DNA of 61,326 nucleotides, filler included, from Hausera hauseri (lineage: Eukaryota): NCBI GenBank assembly GCA_046269625.1. It is 11 parts of 11 records of this genome, joined end to end, with 100 filler letters (N's around TTAATTAATTAA, not from the genome) between each part and the next. Parts side by side here need not be neighbours in the genome. Positions count along the whole stretch, not along the records: positions 35,195 to 39,159 come from JBJURY010852966.1; positions 39,260 to 43,405 come from JBJURY010735877.1; positions 43,506 to 49,953 come from JBJURY010100099.1; positions 50,054 to 56,894 come from JBJURY010059996.1; 7 more parts are not named here. One strand, 5' to 3'. Below the pieces are notes generated by a model. The model was given only the letters and a program-made list of their open reading frames with translations, did not search any database and was not told the origin of the DNA. Each line of letters starts with the position of its first letter. Position 1 is the first letter of the stretch. Positions 37,334 to 50,240 of this stretch are shown one piece after another. The translations under genes and the position numbers were made by a program.

Positions 37334-38386
37334 TCAGACCTTGACCCTTCTGCCGAAATTTTAACCAAAACCAGGTCTGGTCGTCGTTCTCGCGACCCCA
37401 CACTATCTACATCTCCGAATCTCCCCTGCACAGATTTTCTCCTAGATAAAACGAACTCGAGCCGCACTTGGTTACAGTTTCACTTGCAATGGGTCAAAGC
37501 CAATCACTACAGATTTCTTTCTGCGGGTTAACAGTTTGCTGCTATTACTTCCAGCTAACATTAAGCAGCAAATCAACAATCTTGCTGACATACTTTCTTT
37601 TTCAAGCCCGTATGACATGCTTTACGAATCAGTTCTGCATATCACCGACCCTTCCATTGACAGCATAATTCAAAAATACTTCAATGAGCACGCCATGAAA
37701 AAGAAAAAACAATCGGACTTCCTAAAAACTGCAATCTCTCAATTGAGTTCTTTAGGCGTGACTCCTATAAACAATGCCGATCTCCTTCGTCAGTATTTTC
37801 TTTTATCTTTGCCTACCTCCATCAGGGCGCTGCTGACTGTGGTAGATGACTCTACTGCCCTTAAAAAGCTCGCCATCTTGGCAAACAAAAGCTTTGATAT
37901 TTTGCAATCCAGTAATTCACAGCCAGTAGCTGCAGCAACCGCTCACACACCTTTACACACAGACAACACTTTATTTGCAAAACAACTGCATATGATGCAG
38001 AAGTAATGCGACACACTACAACAGGCAATTTCTGCGATAACAGCTTAACTCAGTGACTTATCCGTACCTCGAGGAAGCGAAAACCGTATTTATCGCAATC
38101 GCAGTTTTTCCAGACATTCTTCTCGGTCCAAGTCTAGAGATGGTAGAATGACGTGTTTTTATCACAGTAAATTCCGCAGAGACGCAAGGAAACGTGTTTT
38201 AGGCTGTCGATTTTATGACGAACGTTATGCAGTAGACAACCCTATCTGCATTTATCACACAAGGTATCAATCCAAGTCTATGTCATGCGTGCCAGGATGT
38301 AAACATTATAAAACGAATCCCAGTTTTTCTCCATCTTTTTCGCCTCCTCGCACTGACCATTCCTCCTCTTTCTACCAAGAAGTCTC

Positions 38387-38458
38387 AAAAAACCAATAAT
38401 GCCACCAGATGCCACGGCACATTCTGGTACAGGCAATATCGTTCAAACTACCGGCCGT
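38387..38458 (+). promoter_or_regulatory. -1 frameshift signal with predicted pseudoknot, copy C
   Basis: A AAA AAC CAA TAA; stem ACCAGA(38404-09)/TCTGGT(38423-28); loop ACGGC pairs with GCCGT (38454-58). Confidence 0.85.
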
Positions 38459-39299
38459 TTCAACACCTACTCTGCAGTCTTTCTGTTGAAAGCTGATCTG
38501 TTATTTGGAAACACATCACACACAGATTTCCTCATTGATTTAGGAGCTGCCTTTTCACTTCTTCCTTTGTCTTTCGCTCCTACATCTAGCACAGTTTTCT
38601 CTCCTCCACTTTTTACTTCCTGTGGTTAACCTTTAAACATTGTAGATACCACAAAACTGACTTTCACATTCTCCAACCTACCAGGGAAATTCTCCTGGAA
38701 ATTTCACATAGCCAACATCAGATCGCCCATGATAGGGTCCGATTTCTTGGCTGCACACGATTTTTTAGTCGACTGCAAGCATAAATGCCTCCTGCGCAGA
38801 AACTTCGTTGCAAATTCTAACAAATGCTCACCAAACGACCCATCGGACACTTTGTTTTCCTCTGATCATTCAAATGTCAATTTGGCATCCTGTTCATCGG
38901 CTGATAACAACTCACTTAACAGTTCATCAATATTTTCAATCTGGTCAAGTGGGAACAAATCAGTCTTGAAACAATCGGCTAAACCAAATGTCATTAATGA
39001 ATTATTCAGTTATTCTACACCAATTACAGCCACTGACTCTTTCAATAATGTGCCTTCATGATTGTTATTGTTGGGTTCTGATCTTAAATCCTACATTAAA
39101 ACTTCTTGTTTCCGTACTCTTAAGAAGGACATCAATTTCAAGCCGCATTCTACAACATANNNNNNNNNNNNNNNNNNNNNNNNNNNNNNNNNNNNNNNNN
39201 NNNTTAATTAATTAANNNNNNNNNNNNNNNNNNNNNNNNNNNNNNNNNNNNNNNNNNNNGGTAGCCCACATGTCGCTCCACATTTGTTTTCCATTTACT

Positions 39300-41135
39300 T
39301 TCTTCGTAAGCCTTTAAGAATTTGCCGAAGGGTGTAATAATAGCCGTTAAAATTTTTCACGAAAATTCTGTCAAGGTGAATATCTCAACCATTTATGATT
39401 GCTTGAATTATAGCTTTTACTAATTGAATTAAGAAGTATATAACTAGAAATCCTGACGCGGCTTGTCTGAATATCAGGAATCGTTCCCATATTTTGTATA
39501 ATATTCCCATGGTTACCTTCTTGTAATAGCCAACACCAAATAATGACTCCCATTTTGCTTGGTAACGCGAGTCCTCTAATATTGTATGCATTGCTCTGTT
39601 TAGTTCATGTGTGCGCTGACGGGGAAAAGCGAGAAATTGTCTAAACGCTTCTACTTCTTTTGATCTATAAATACCCTTCGCGGCTGTATCTTGAAACTTG
39701 TCATCGGTTATTCCTTTTATTAGGTTCGTACCTGTCAGCTTGGTAGGTGGTGTGATAATACCACCGTTCGGTAAACTTACCCAGTCGGTTTCGCTACGTC
39801 TAAACATCGGCTATCCTAAGCTAGTCTTACAGTCTCTCACAATTGTTGGTTGAGTGGCGTTTGCCAACAACACTTTGGTAATTGGTGTTACTAATCTCGG
39901 TACGTCCTGATATATCACTGGGAGTTCTTGTATACACCTCTTCCCTTCCACATTTATCGGTACGTCTTTCTCCTTGCACTCATAGGTTAATAGAACCTCT
40001 GAGGTTACTCGTCCGTAAACACTTTCCTTCATTGGAATTATTGATGATGCCAACTCGGGATTTGCGTATATTAGAGCTAGTTTAGTTATCATGATTTCCA
40101 AACCCAATTTGCAGTCGTTTGTTATCATCTTATGGTACAACTCGGCTATTCCGGCTTGTCCTTTATAGTAGAAACAGTCGTCTCTGTTCTTCAAGTAGTC
40201 TTCGATCCGCATTCCCTGAGTCTTAGAGTTTGAACGCTCTGGCGTTTATTTCTGTCTCGGCTACGAAAATCCGTCATAGTTGGTGGCATACATTACAACG
40301 TCGCATCTCGTGAGTATAGCTTTCTTTACAAATTTTAATCCATGAGTATCAGAAATCAATATAGTGGGTGTATACTGTTCAGCTACATCTTCTCTGGTTT
40401 TAGAGTTACTTTCTGTGCTACTTACATATCGTCTTCCTGTCGTCTCGTTGAATTTATGTTCTTTAATTCTGATAAAGTTGTAATCGGTCTTGGCTGGGGG
40501 TTCCCAAATTACTACGGAACTTTGAAACGGCCTGTGCCATCGTGAATGTGGCACTTGTGGTTCTGGGTGTAAAATTTAGTAACACTATGAAACATCACTT
40601 TCTGAATATGCATTTCGGTTTCGTAAAATTCTACTACCACGACGTTTGGCTCTAATACTTTTCCGGTATAGTATTCTGTACTTCTACAATGTCCCCTGTG
40701 CATATCTAGTCTTTCTGCTGCTACTTTATACATTCTGATTATTTTTTCTTGCTGCATTTCCAGTTCCATACCACCCCATTTTATTCCTTCCATTTCTCTA
40801 GCTTGCTTACAATGCTGACGTTATAAATTCATCGGAATTATTTGGGTTGTTGGCTTGATTATTAACGAGTGCCCATGTATCAATCCACAATGGAAGATTC
40901 TGCGAGATCGCCGCAATATACATTCTACTCCATCCAAGGTAATTAGTTCGCGTTGTTGATATAGCACATAATTTTTCTCCTTCGTTTCTAATTTGTGTGG
41001 CCTCGCGTCTTCGCACATTTCTAAGTCCATTAATGAGTATTTTTGGCCAAATCTAAATTTGTCACAATCATATGCTGTAACTGCGCCCATTTGTCTTATC
41101 AACATCATCATAGTCAACAAGTTGATTAGCCAGTT
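39300..41135 (-). pseudogene. Chuvirus-type (Jingchuvirales / herpes gB-like class III) envelope glycoprotein, endogenous and decayed
   Basis: Hydrophobic leader then AYDC (41075-41064)..YSLMDLEMC..YQQ..EC..FHCG..HS, NVVV, LYHKMITNDCKL..NP..SEVLLTYEC..RCIQELPV..TPITKVL, GIY..FP.QR, and a TM region WERFLIF..SGFLVIYFLIQLVKAIIQAIING. Motif order is that of chuviral G proteins. Several stops and frameshifts. Confidence 0.85.
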
Positions 41136-43405
41136 CGATTCGTTTCCTCTGCGATTTTCGGTTACATTTCGTAGCAGATCTTCGAATCTATTGTTACCGA
41201 AGAAGGATCTATTCTGATGTTCTTCCTTTTTTTCGAATAACTTAGACCAGTTCATTTCTCGAGGTAATTTCCTGGCGGCCCTTCTTGCCAAGCTAGTGGC
41301 CTTGTTGAATTCATTTTCTTGATGTGGTTAGTTTTAACGGCCAGATATAGCAACACTTTTCTCAATTCTTCTATGATATTTTCTACCATAATTCTCTCGA
41401 TTATCATTTTATTGCTTAAGGTACTTCTGAATAATTTATACCGAAGGCCTTTCATAGCCTTTGCGGCACTCGCTACGGCTTTCTCTTTTTCATCTAATAC
41501 ATCACCGCCGAGGTTAGAGTGGTTTACTATTTGTATTAAGTTTTTCATAAGTTTGTTTAGTTCCTTATTATCCGCACTGAATGTCGGTATGGACATTTGT
41601 CTCAACTCTGATTAAATCTCCAGTGTAGTCGATTTCCTCTCGTGTTTTCCGCGGCCTACCGGGAGGACGCTTCTGTTTTGTTACAGCAGGTATACTGCTG
41701 TTAATAGGTACCAAATTTTTATCGTATTGTTCATTATCTTCGTCTGTATGCAGGTACTTGAAATATACTACTGCATCTCGAACTGATATTATTCGCCCTA
41801 CCTGCTGTTCTGCTTTAGCCTTCCTTATCGCCTCTTCCTTTGTTTCATCGATAGTGGTGGTTACCACTAACTGGTTTGTTTGGCCTGGAATAATTCCAAC
41901 CTCTATCAATAATACTCTACTCGTCTAGTATCTTTCCTCTAAAATAAAGTCTATAGCTCAGCTCATGGGCGTATCCATTGTCCTTTATCCACAGTAATAC
42001 ATCTTTTACCAGGGAGCGCGTATTGAATTCTTGTTCTTTTTCGTCCATCCAGTCTGATACTATCTTTACTGGTATTATTTTCTCTGCCTTTGCATTAAGA
42101 TTTTAGCATATTCCTTAAGTAAGAACTTAGGTACCGCACTAGAAATCGTACCTTTGCTCGCTAATTTAGTTAAAGTGGGAACTAGATGACTTAGTTGATT
42201 TTCAGTGAGGTTTACTTCAATTAATTGAGTTAAATCTTTCTCGGGTTGTACCGGGTCCAGAAGCATTCCTACGTTGAACCTTTGGTCTGGAGAGTATATC
42301 TCCATTTCATCCAGTCGTATTCGGGTTTTCGGATTCTCGGAAATCATTGCGTCTAAATAGGCTTCCCAATCTGGTTAATTTTCGTTATCCGGCAGTTGAT
42401 AGCTTTTTGACGGTGTATCAGTTGGCCTGTCCACACTTGCGGTCCATGTAGTTTTTCTGAGTTCTTGTAGTTTCTGTTGCATTTGGACCATTTTCGTCGT
42501 TCGAAAACATCGTCCATTAGTGGACGTTTGGTGGAGCAGTGTTAACAACGAACATAATTCTTCGGGTGGAATTAAACCCTTTTCTTGATATTTCTTTAGT
42601 TCAGACGTGACATCTCTTTGCCATGTTTGAACGAATTGTGACTTGTCAGCTTTTTCTGCTTCTGTAAGGGCGTATTTGTTTTTATAAACTTCGAGTTCTC
42701 TAGCTAGTTCATCTAATCTTATCGCTCTCCGCTTCGTCTTAATGCAAGTTTCTTCGACTTGTTGTATCTGCCGCAACAATTGTCTTAGCCTCTCGTCACT
42801 AATTTCTGCCATCTCTGCCATCAATAGCGCTAATTCATACATGTCGTTAATACTCTTCGAATCAGAATCTACCGCATCTAATACGTTTTTTACAAATTTG
42901 ATCTCTTCGAAACTGAGGTGGTGGTCGTTCTTTATTTTAATTAGTTCAGTATGGAGTCTTTGATCCGTTCCATCCATCCATTCTTGTGGCTGGTGTAAGA
43001 ACTTAACTCCTTCTTCCACGATTGCCCGATGTTCAGGACAAAAGTCCAAGGTTTTAAGATCTCGGATCGAGATTTCTTCGATAGGATTGGCTGTCAAATA
43101 CCGTATTCCTTTCAGGCGGACATCTCTCAATCGCGGGTAAAAGTCGCAGGTTAAATTCCTTTTTCGCATAAAGTTGGTTTCCTCTATCATCTTGTACATA
43201 TCGTCTAGCATCATCATTTCTTATTTCTTTTCCATGAAGTCCAATTGACGTAATGCTTCAATTTGAGTCCGGATGTCAATTTCGGCTTTCATCGTATCTA
43301 GATTTCAGGCGTCTTCTTCTAACCGCTTTTTTACTGTAAGCTCGCTCTCCGGAAATTCGTTCTTCCGGCTACTTATTAATTCGCTCAACCTTGTTATTAC
43401 TTTAG
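41136..43405 (-). pseudogene. Long decayed ORF upstream of and collinear with the glycoprotein: coiled-coil, ubiquitin-like domain, AT-hook
   Basis: Consecutive minus-strand ORF pieces (43217-42375, 42347-42075, 41909-41568, 41605-41252, 41291-40821) linked by single stops or frameshifts. Ubl-like segment at about 42076-41860; KRPPGRPRK at 41672-41646. No RT or integrase motifs. Confidence 0.65.
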
Positions 43406-44214
43406 NNNNNNNNNNNNNNNNNNNNNNNNNNNNNNNNNNNNNNNNNNNNTTAATTAATTAANNNNNNNNNNNNNNNNNNNNNNNNNNNNNNNNNNNNNNN
43501 NNNNNTATTACATGTATTGTTTTACTTGCAAAGTATTACTTCTACATTTACCTGTATTTTACATATACCTTATCTATATTTTTTTGCCATATTACATACA
43601 TATTGCCTACATATATTTGGCATATGTAAACATTTGTATCGTGATAGACTAGTAAACGTTTTAGCGCAAATCAAATATATCAAATTGCAGAATTTTGAAG
43701 TAAAACTTCGTGATAAATTATTTCGTGAATCAATATTTGTTGGCCTTATCTGGAAATTGCGACATTGTTTTTGATGCATAACACGAGTTTGTTGTGGAGA
43801 TTTAGAAATGGATAGTAATGATTAAAATGGAACTGTTGAGTTAATAAGAAAAGGACGGATGACAGGTCAAAACGATGTACGTGTTTGATTATAATTCGAA
43901 GGAAAACAAATGTTAATGTGGATTATCTGAAAAGAATGCAGAATTAGGGAGATTAATTTGTTTCTTTATGGATATATCTAACAAATGTCCGATTGTCTAT
44001 TTAGCATGGAGTTTTTATGCCGTTTCTCATGAAAATGGATTGATTGCACTGCCAGATTGTTCTCATTTATTGATTTGACATGTCGTCCCATAAAAATATT
44101 TCATGAAACTGTTGGACAGTACAATGAAATAAATTCCGGGGCAATTATTTACAATATACTAATTTTCTCAATAAATTATGTAAAACTAAATTAAAACTAG
44201 TTGACGTCTTCATG

Positions 44215-44628
44215 AAAATTAGAAATAACCGATTTACCCGACATCAGCTTCAGGAAGCCTACAAACGTGTTTTGACTTTTGGAATAAGGTGATTGAACTT
44301 TATACAGTTATTTTACAGTATTTTCTATAAAAATATTCGTCACAGTTATGATAAATTAGGTAAAATATACAGAAACTTAAATCTGGGGTAAATATTTCCA
44401 TATCTGAATTTTGTCAATATTTTAAATTCTAATCAAAACCAATAACATTTTCTTTGAATTTATAATTAACTACATAAAATACAACGATAGATGTTTATAA
44501 TTATTCTATTCCATTTGACATAGAAGTTGTGAATTTCATAAAATTAGAAATAACCGATTTACCCAACATCAGCTTCAGGAAGCCTACAAACGTGTTTTGA
44601 CTTTTGGAATAAGGTGATTGAACTTTAT
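44215..44628 (+). repeat. 89-bp direct repeat (44215-44303, 44540-44628) containing a probable 66-nt exon with both splice sites
   Basis: Both copies read tag|AAATAACCGA..GGAATAAG|gtgatt, with a single mismatch. Confidence 0.85.
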
Positions 44629-44660
44629 TCGTTCTCGACACCCCCTTATTATTATAGTAG

Positions 44661-45177
44661 ATGTGTCTGCCTAATATTCACAAGTAAATGTCCTTTCATT
44701 GTGCAGATCATGCAAGGTTTTGTTGATTTGGAACAGCAGAACACCATCCGACTGAAATCCTCATCTCGATATCGACTCGAGGAGGCAACCATAGCGTTAG
44801 AGAAAAAATTCGTCAGCCCTCTGTCAAAACATGCCCCTGATCTAGTCAGAAATCTTGTTACGAAAAATGTCGACTCAAAAACCAACGGCATTTCCAATCC
44901 AGACCGGCTGAGTTGCGATTCGACTAAAATGACGACATCCGCTGATATGTTTGCCGAACAGGGTCAGAACACAGTGCGCAAAAAGAACGTGTCTCCCGAT
45001 ACTGAGACGCCGTCGTCGCCGGTGCTTCATCAACCGGACTCGCCTGCGTTCTGTGAAACAAAATTCGATTATTTCGTATCAGAGACGCCAGTAATCATTT
45101 TGCCGAATGATCCTCCAACGAAGTCCCAGTCATTTAAAATTGCGCCACCAATTGCTCCAAAGCCAAAACGCAACTGA
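44661..45177 (+). CDS. Probable 3'-terminal coding exon of an unidentified host gene, ending in a PPIAPKP SH3-ligand-like motif
   Basis: Open, more GC-rich frame after a 44-47 nt GT-AG intron, in phase with the duplicated exon; ends KIAPPIAPKPKRN*. AATAAA follows at about 45188. Confidence 0.55.
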
Positions 45178-46305
45178 GTCATTGAAAATAAAAAACACCC
45201 ACTCTGAAGATTAATGGACTGTCAGTATTAACTATAAAACGTGTAATAATATTTTAATACTGTCATTTTTAAAAGGTTTTTAAATGAAGTGAAGTCTTGA
45301 GTTTTTATTTGTTATTTTTTAATACAACACAGGTTATCTCTTTGTCTTCTTTTTGAATTTATTATCATATTTTTGTTTGGCTACTAATTTTGTGAGAAAT
45401 ATTTATGACAATATAAAGTATATAGTCATGAATATTGCGCAAAATATCAACCAACACTTTATAGTTATTTCAGAAATAGTAAATTATGGATAATGTATAT
45501 AGTTAATTTCTAATTTTAAAAAAATTACAAATTTTCGAGTGTCCAATATTTATGAAATTTCGACAACCAGGACTTTTTTCTATACTGTATGTTTAGCAAT
45601 GGAATTTTTGCGCCAACAGTTTGGAACTATTGTGTATTCCATAAGTGTTGGTGTGTAGTAATGATGAGCTTGTGTGCATTACAATAACCTATTAATACAT
45701 ACTAATCCATTAAGGCTAAGGAATCTGATTAACATTATTTTTAAAATTGGTGAGTTTTATTGTACCAATAAACGAAGACAAAAATATATATATTAAATTA
45801 GAACTTTGGGCGAAAAGCACTATTGCAAAACTATAAAAGCAATGTAGTCCTATTCAAAAGTTGAAAATTATTTTAAATATCTGTGAAATGATAAATAATG
45901 TTTGAATAATCTTTAATCGAAATTCATCCAAATTAACCAATAAAGTGTCACATTGTTCATAATTTTCATCAGTGTTTTCTTTTGAGTATTTTCATTTATG
46001 ATAAAATATAATTGACAGGCGAATAATACAAGGTTATCATATTAGACCACATTACATCAGTGTATTGCATAATCACTGTAATGCATAATTATATAATTAT
46101 TGTGTAATTAGAGTATTTGCATATTGAATTTATTTCACAAACACAATAAAAAAATTTTTACGAATACAAAAGAAAAGTCGAAGCATCAAAATCCACAATT
46201 TCCCGAATTCACCGGAGTTACTAAATTTAGAAGCCACATATTTCATTTTGTTCTAATGTTTCATTTTAACAATAAATGAATTTTGAACAATCAAATTAGT
46301 CGGAA

Positions 46306-48639
46306 ATGATTTTCAATTTCTTTATCATTTGTAAAAATTTATTTATTAGCAATTTCTCAAATTATTATTGAAAAATTTAGTAACATTGATTAGTAGTGCC
46401 TTATCACAAATTCAACCAAAATGCACTTTGCCGCCATCAGTTATTTTGTCAATATTCTCCATTGAAAGTGGACGAGAAACTGTCACCGATATCAAATCGA
46501 ACAATTTGATATCGATCAATTATTATTTTGATGGACTGTGTCACAGTATCCAAAATACGACTAATCCTTATCCAAATGCTGAAGAGGACTACATGATAAT
46601 ATTTCAGAATAGGTTGTTATTCTTATTTGGATGACGTTATTGATGAAATTAAGGACGAACGGCTGTTTTTTCTGCTATCGGATGTTGCCGAGGAGTCCGT
46701 ACGTGATGCAGTACAGCCACTCGACGTGCGCATCGGACATCACAGCGATTTGTAGTAATTTGGAGAATCTGGAATTTGAAACGGGATTTGCCAGAGCTCG
46801 GTCACAATCGGTCGATTTCAACTGTAAACGAATTGTCGAAGGTGTTTACCAGTTCAACTACAAAATAACGAAATACAGTGGTATCTGTGATCAACCGGAC
46901 AATCTCATTCGTGCCTGTCAACAGCAGGGATCGCCATTGAGGGACAACAACGTCTTTACGATGAATTTCAAATTCTGTTCGCAAATTGATCCGACAAAAG
47001 TTTGGGTTTTCCTTTGTGTTGGTTTGTAACGGATTGCTGATAGAGTGGAGGTCATATTAAATATGTTCCGCACGATTTCACTTGGCGTTGTTATGGGCAA
47101 TGGTTCGATAAATATAAGAACATTTTTGGTGCATTGGAGTTTGACTCGATGGAAGAGAAATTCCGATTTCGGTGTATTTTGACTCGAATTGATCAGCAGG
47201 ATCCGACGAAACGGACTTGGGGTGAGATTCTTTATGGGCATTTGAATTTGCGGAATAAAATCAAATCAGACATGTTACTAAACGTAGACGGCAATTTATT
47301 ACGTCAGTATGAAAATGTTAAATTGAAAATTTCTGCACTTCTACACTATCTTTCCCATTTGCTTGATATGGTTAATTCTGCAGGTATTTCGTCTGATGCT
47401 GACTGTAAAACACTCGACACCGGTATCATCAATGCTCCAATCCGATTAGAAGCCAAACCCGCCTTAGATCCGATGATCAGTATTAAAGATATGGAACCCA
47501 ATTGTAAACTGCCGACAAACTTTACCGGGAATTGGTTCTATCCCAGTGAGTTTACGACAACGGTGGTCATCAACTCGACACACATCTACTATCGACGAAA
47601 ACGAAGTCAGGATGAAATCGAAGAAATCTATTTCGTGTGTAAACAAGTCCAGGAATCTCGTTATCTGATGACAACTGTTACCAAGGGGAAATGGTATTGT
47701 TATGATTTCATTGAGTTGTGTTTATTGGTTCAGTGATGTTGATTTCACATGTTTCCATTTTCTGCCAAGACATCAAAACATCGTCCGATTTCGCATGGGC
47801 CGGCCATTCGGTAAACGATTGTGGAAGAGCACGCAGGACGCCAATACAGTCCAGTTCGACATGCAGAAAATGTTCCGTGAGGCATGCCATTGGAATTCGT
47901 TTACACTCAATTATTTGGACTGGGTCTACGAATATTATATTCTCAATCCCCCGGTGCCAGTCAATTGTCCAATTCAGGGACGGTTCTTCTTCACACAGAA
48001 AGGCCAACCTGCCGAATTATATTTCACGAAAATCCCCGGTGGTATGACCCCTCGTCCACGACTGCAGGTCGTTTGTAACACGTCATTGGAGCCGGCAATT
48101 AACAGTTGCTACGAGAACCCGAAACAACTGTATCTGGATGTGGAACGATGCATGAGATTGGATTTCACCGGCCGACCGATATCTGAATACGATATTGCCG
48201 ATAACATTTTGACATGTGTCGGCTATTGGATGGAGGACACGAAATCATTCCTCATCACATACGATATGGAAGATCCTGTATTTTGATGAATGTTACTCAA
48301 TTGATATTGTTATTGATTATTCAGGTGAATTACAATTTCCGTTGTTGGGTCTATCGTCGACTAGATCTCAGTACATATCTATTGTCACGTAGTCAGGGTA
48401 CACATTGCAGTAAAATACAAACGGCTGAGTCAAATGGACCATCGACTGGTGCATCATTGGGCATTGAGTTAATGCAGAATGAATTGGAATACGACGGATG
48501 TCCAATGTCATACGATGATGGCAGAGATCCTTATGAGAATCCGTATGTGTTCCGTGTTTATGCGGCGGCGACATCGATTGGCTGTTCTTACCCCATCGTA
48601 TTGTCTGTCGTTATTGTGTTTTGGTCTGCTCTTCTGTAG
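46306..48639 (+). CDS. Secreted Cys-rich, probably GPI-anchored uncharacterised protein (DUF7042/7043/7044-type invertebrate family), multi-exon
   Basis: Spliced leader MIFNFFIILTLISSALSQ (intron 46331-46380); motifs CYRMLPRSPYVMQY, EEKFRC, CKLPTNFTGNWF, CFHFLPRHQNIVRFR, NCPIQGRF.F, LTCVGYWMED.KSFLITYD..D, FRCWVYRR; hydrophobic C-tail after small residues (AAATS). Family name recalled, not searched. Confidence 0.8.
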
Positions 48640-50057
48640 TGATTATCCATACATATCTTTGTTGGCTGTGAATATTCTGTTGTGTATATCACTCAATAAT
48701 TTTACTTAGTTTTTTTTTATCAGTACATTTATTCGTCTTTTAATTACTATATAGATTTATTCATTTTCTGTTTAATTTATCATTTTTATTGGGGATATTG
48801 AACAAGTGCCGGATGCTGATACACTTTTGAACGTACATATTGCGTTTTTGTTTTGTTTGGCGATGTGGGACTTTGTGGGGATAGTTAAACAAGTACCGTA
48901 AAGCAGATTTCAATTATTATAATGTTCAATGCAATTTCTATCCAACAATCATAAACTACTCATTAATTTCTTTGCTATAAGGAAGTAGTCAATAAACTAG
49001 TTAACTAAATCAACATAAATGAGACATTTGCGACACGTAATTTGTTACTTAAAAGTAATTTGCTCACGAACAAAGAAAATGTGAAGTAAACATGGTGACA
49101 GATTTTTTGAAAATTCCCATGACTTCAATCGTTTTTTTAGGATTTTTTTATCTAATTTTAAGTAGTGTTTAATCAATGATGATTTTCTGATATATTTAAA
49201 TGAATCATTTTCAAATTGGTATATTAGCATATAAATCAATCTGTTGTTGTACTTCATTTTATTAAATTGAAATGCTTTATACTGTAAACAGTGTGTATGG
49301 TTACAAAATTAACTATATTCCTTTCTTTGATGTCAAGTAGAACAATTCATAGATAGGGTAAACTCAATGTTTATGTATGGTTAGCTAATTGAATATTGCA
49401 GTATAAAATGAATGTCATAAATACAATTTTTGCACACTGAAATTATTCAGCATTCATGAAAAAAATTATCCTAAGATTACAATTGAACGGAAAGTGAATT
49501 TTGATGAATTTACGCAATGTGCAGCTGGTGTTAGAAATGGTAAATTAACAGTAGGATTCTTTTGGAAAAACATATTAAGTTAAAAACTATTTATAAATGT
49601 CTTTTAGGACAATAACGTTGCAGAATTTGTTCCATGTTCTTTATTTAACGTTCTACTATTTCGATATTATTAAGATCTTCGTCGGGTAACATGGGTCGGG
49701 CACACACAATTTGTTGTATATAAGTACATCATGGTTACCTTCAAAAATGTTGTCCATGGAAAATAATCAAAATTTAAATAAATACGAAAAATATCCCAAC
49801 CGATAAATAAAATTATCAACATGAACTGCACATGACACTTTATAAATATCCCCATAATTATTCCTAATGAATGTAATATTTATGACATTTGACTAAGTAT
49901 TTTGTTGTTTTGTTATGTTATGCACAAATGAAGAAATATTGGCAACCGATTACNNNNNNNNNNNNNNNNNNNNNNNNNNNNNNNNNNNNNNNNNNNNTTA
50001 ATTAATTAANNNNNNNNNNNNNNNNNNNNNNNNNNNNNNNNNNNNNNNNNNNNTAGC

Positions 50058-50240
50058 GACGGCCATGTCGGATTTTTAGTGAAAACGTCCTTGCTTTAAT
50101 GACGGATATGTCGGCTTTTTAGTGAAAAAGCCTTGTCGTTACACTATATAATTGTATATATAAATGACGAGCGAGCCGGACTTTAGTGAAAAAATGTCGC
50201 CCAGTAACGACGGCGAGTCGGACTTTTAGCACGAACGTCA
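50058..50240 (+). repeat. Four degenerate ~42-nt tandem repeats (GACGG..GTCGG.TTTTAGTGAAAA)
   Basis: Units start near 50058, 50101, 50166 and 50210 and share GACG-N4-5-G(T/C)CGG..TTTAG. Confidence 0.7.

Larger units (their letters stand above)
37070..39159 (+). mobile_element. Ty3/Gypsy retrotransposon, CsRn1-like clade, copy C (Ubl-gag-protease), truncated by the spacer
   Basis: HFRTRGG (RTRGG at 37319-37333), gag homologous to copies A and B (LLLLPANIKQQI..PSIDSIIQKYFN), double knuckle 38154-38300, FLIDLGA, PMIGSDFLAAHD. Confidence 0.93.

Noticed and set aside
50058-50240. CRISPR-like array
   Set aside because: Eukaryotic context, degenerate units, no unique spacers and no cas genes.
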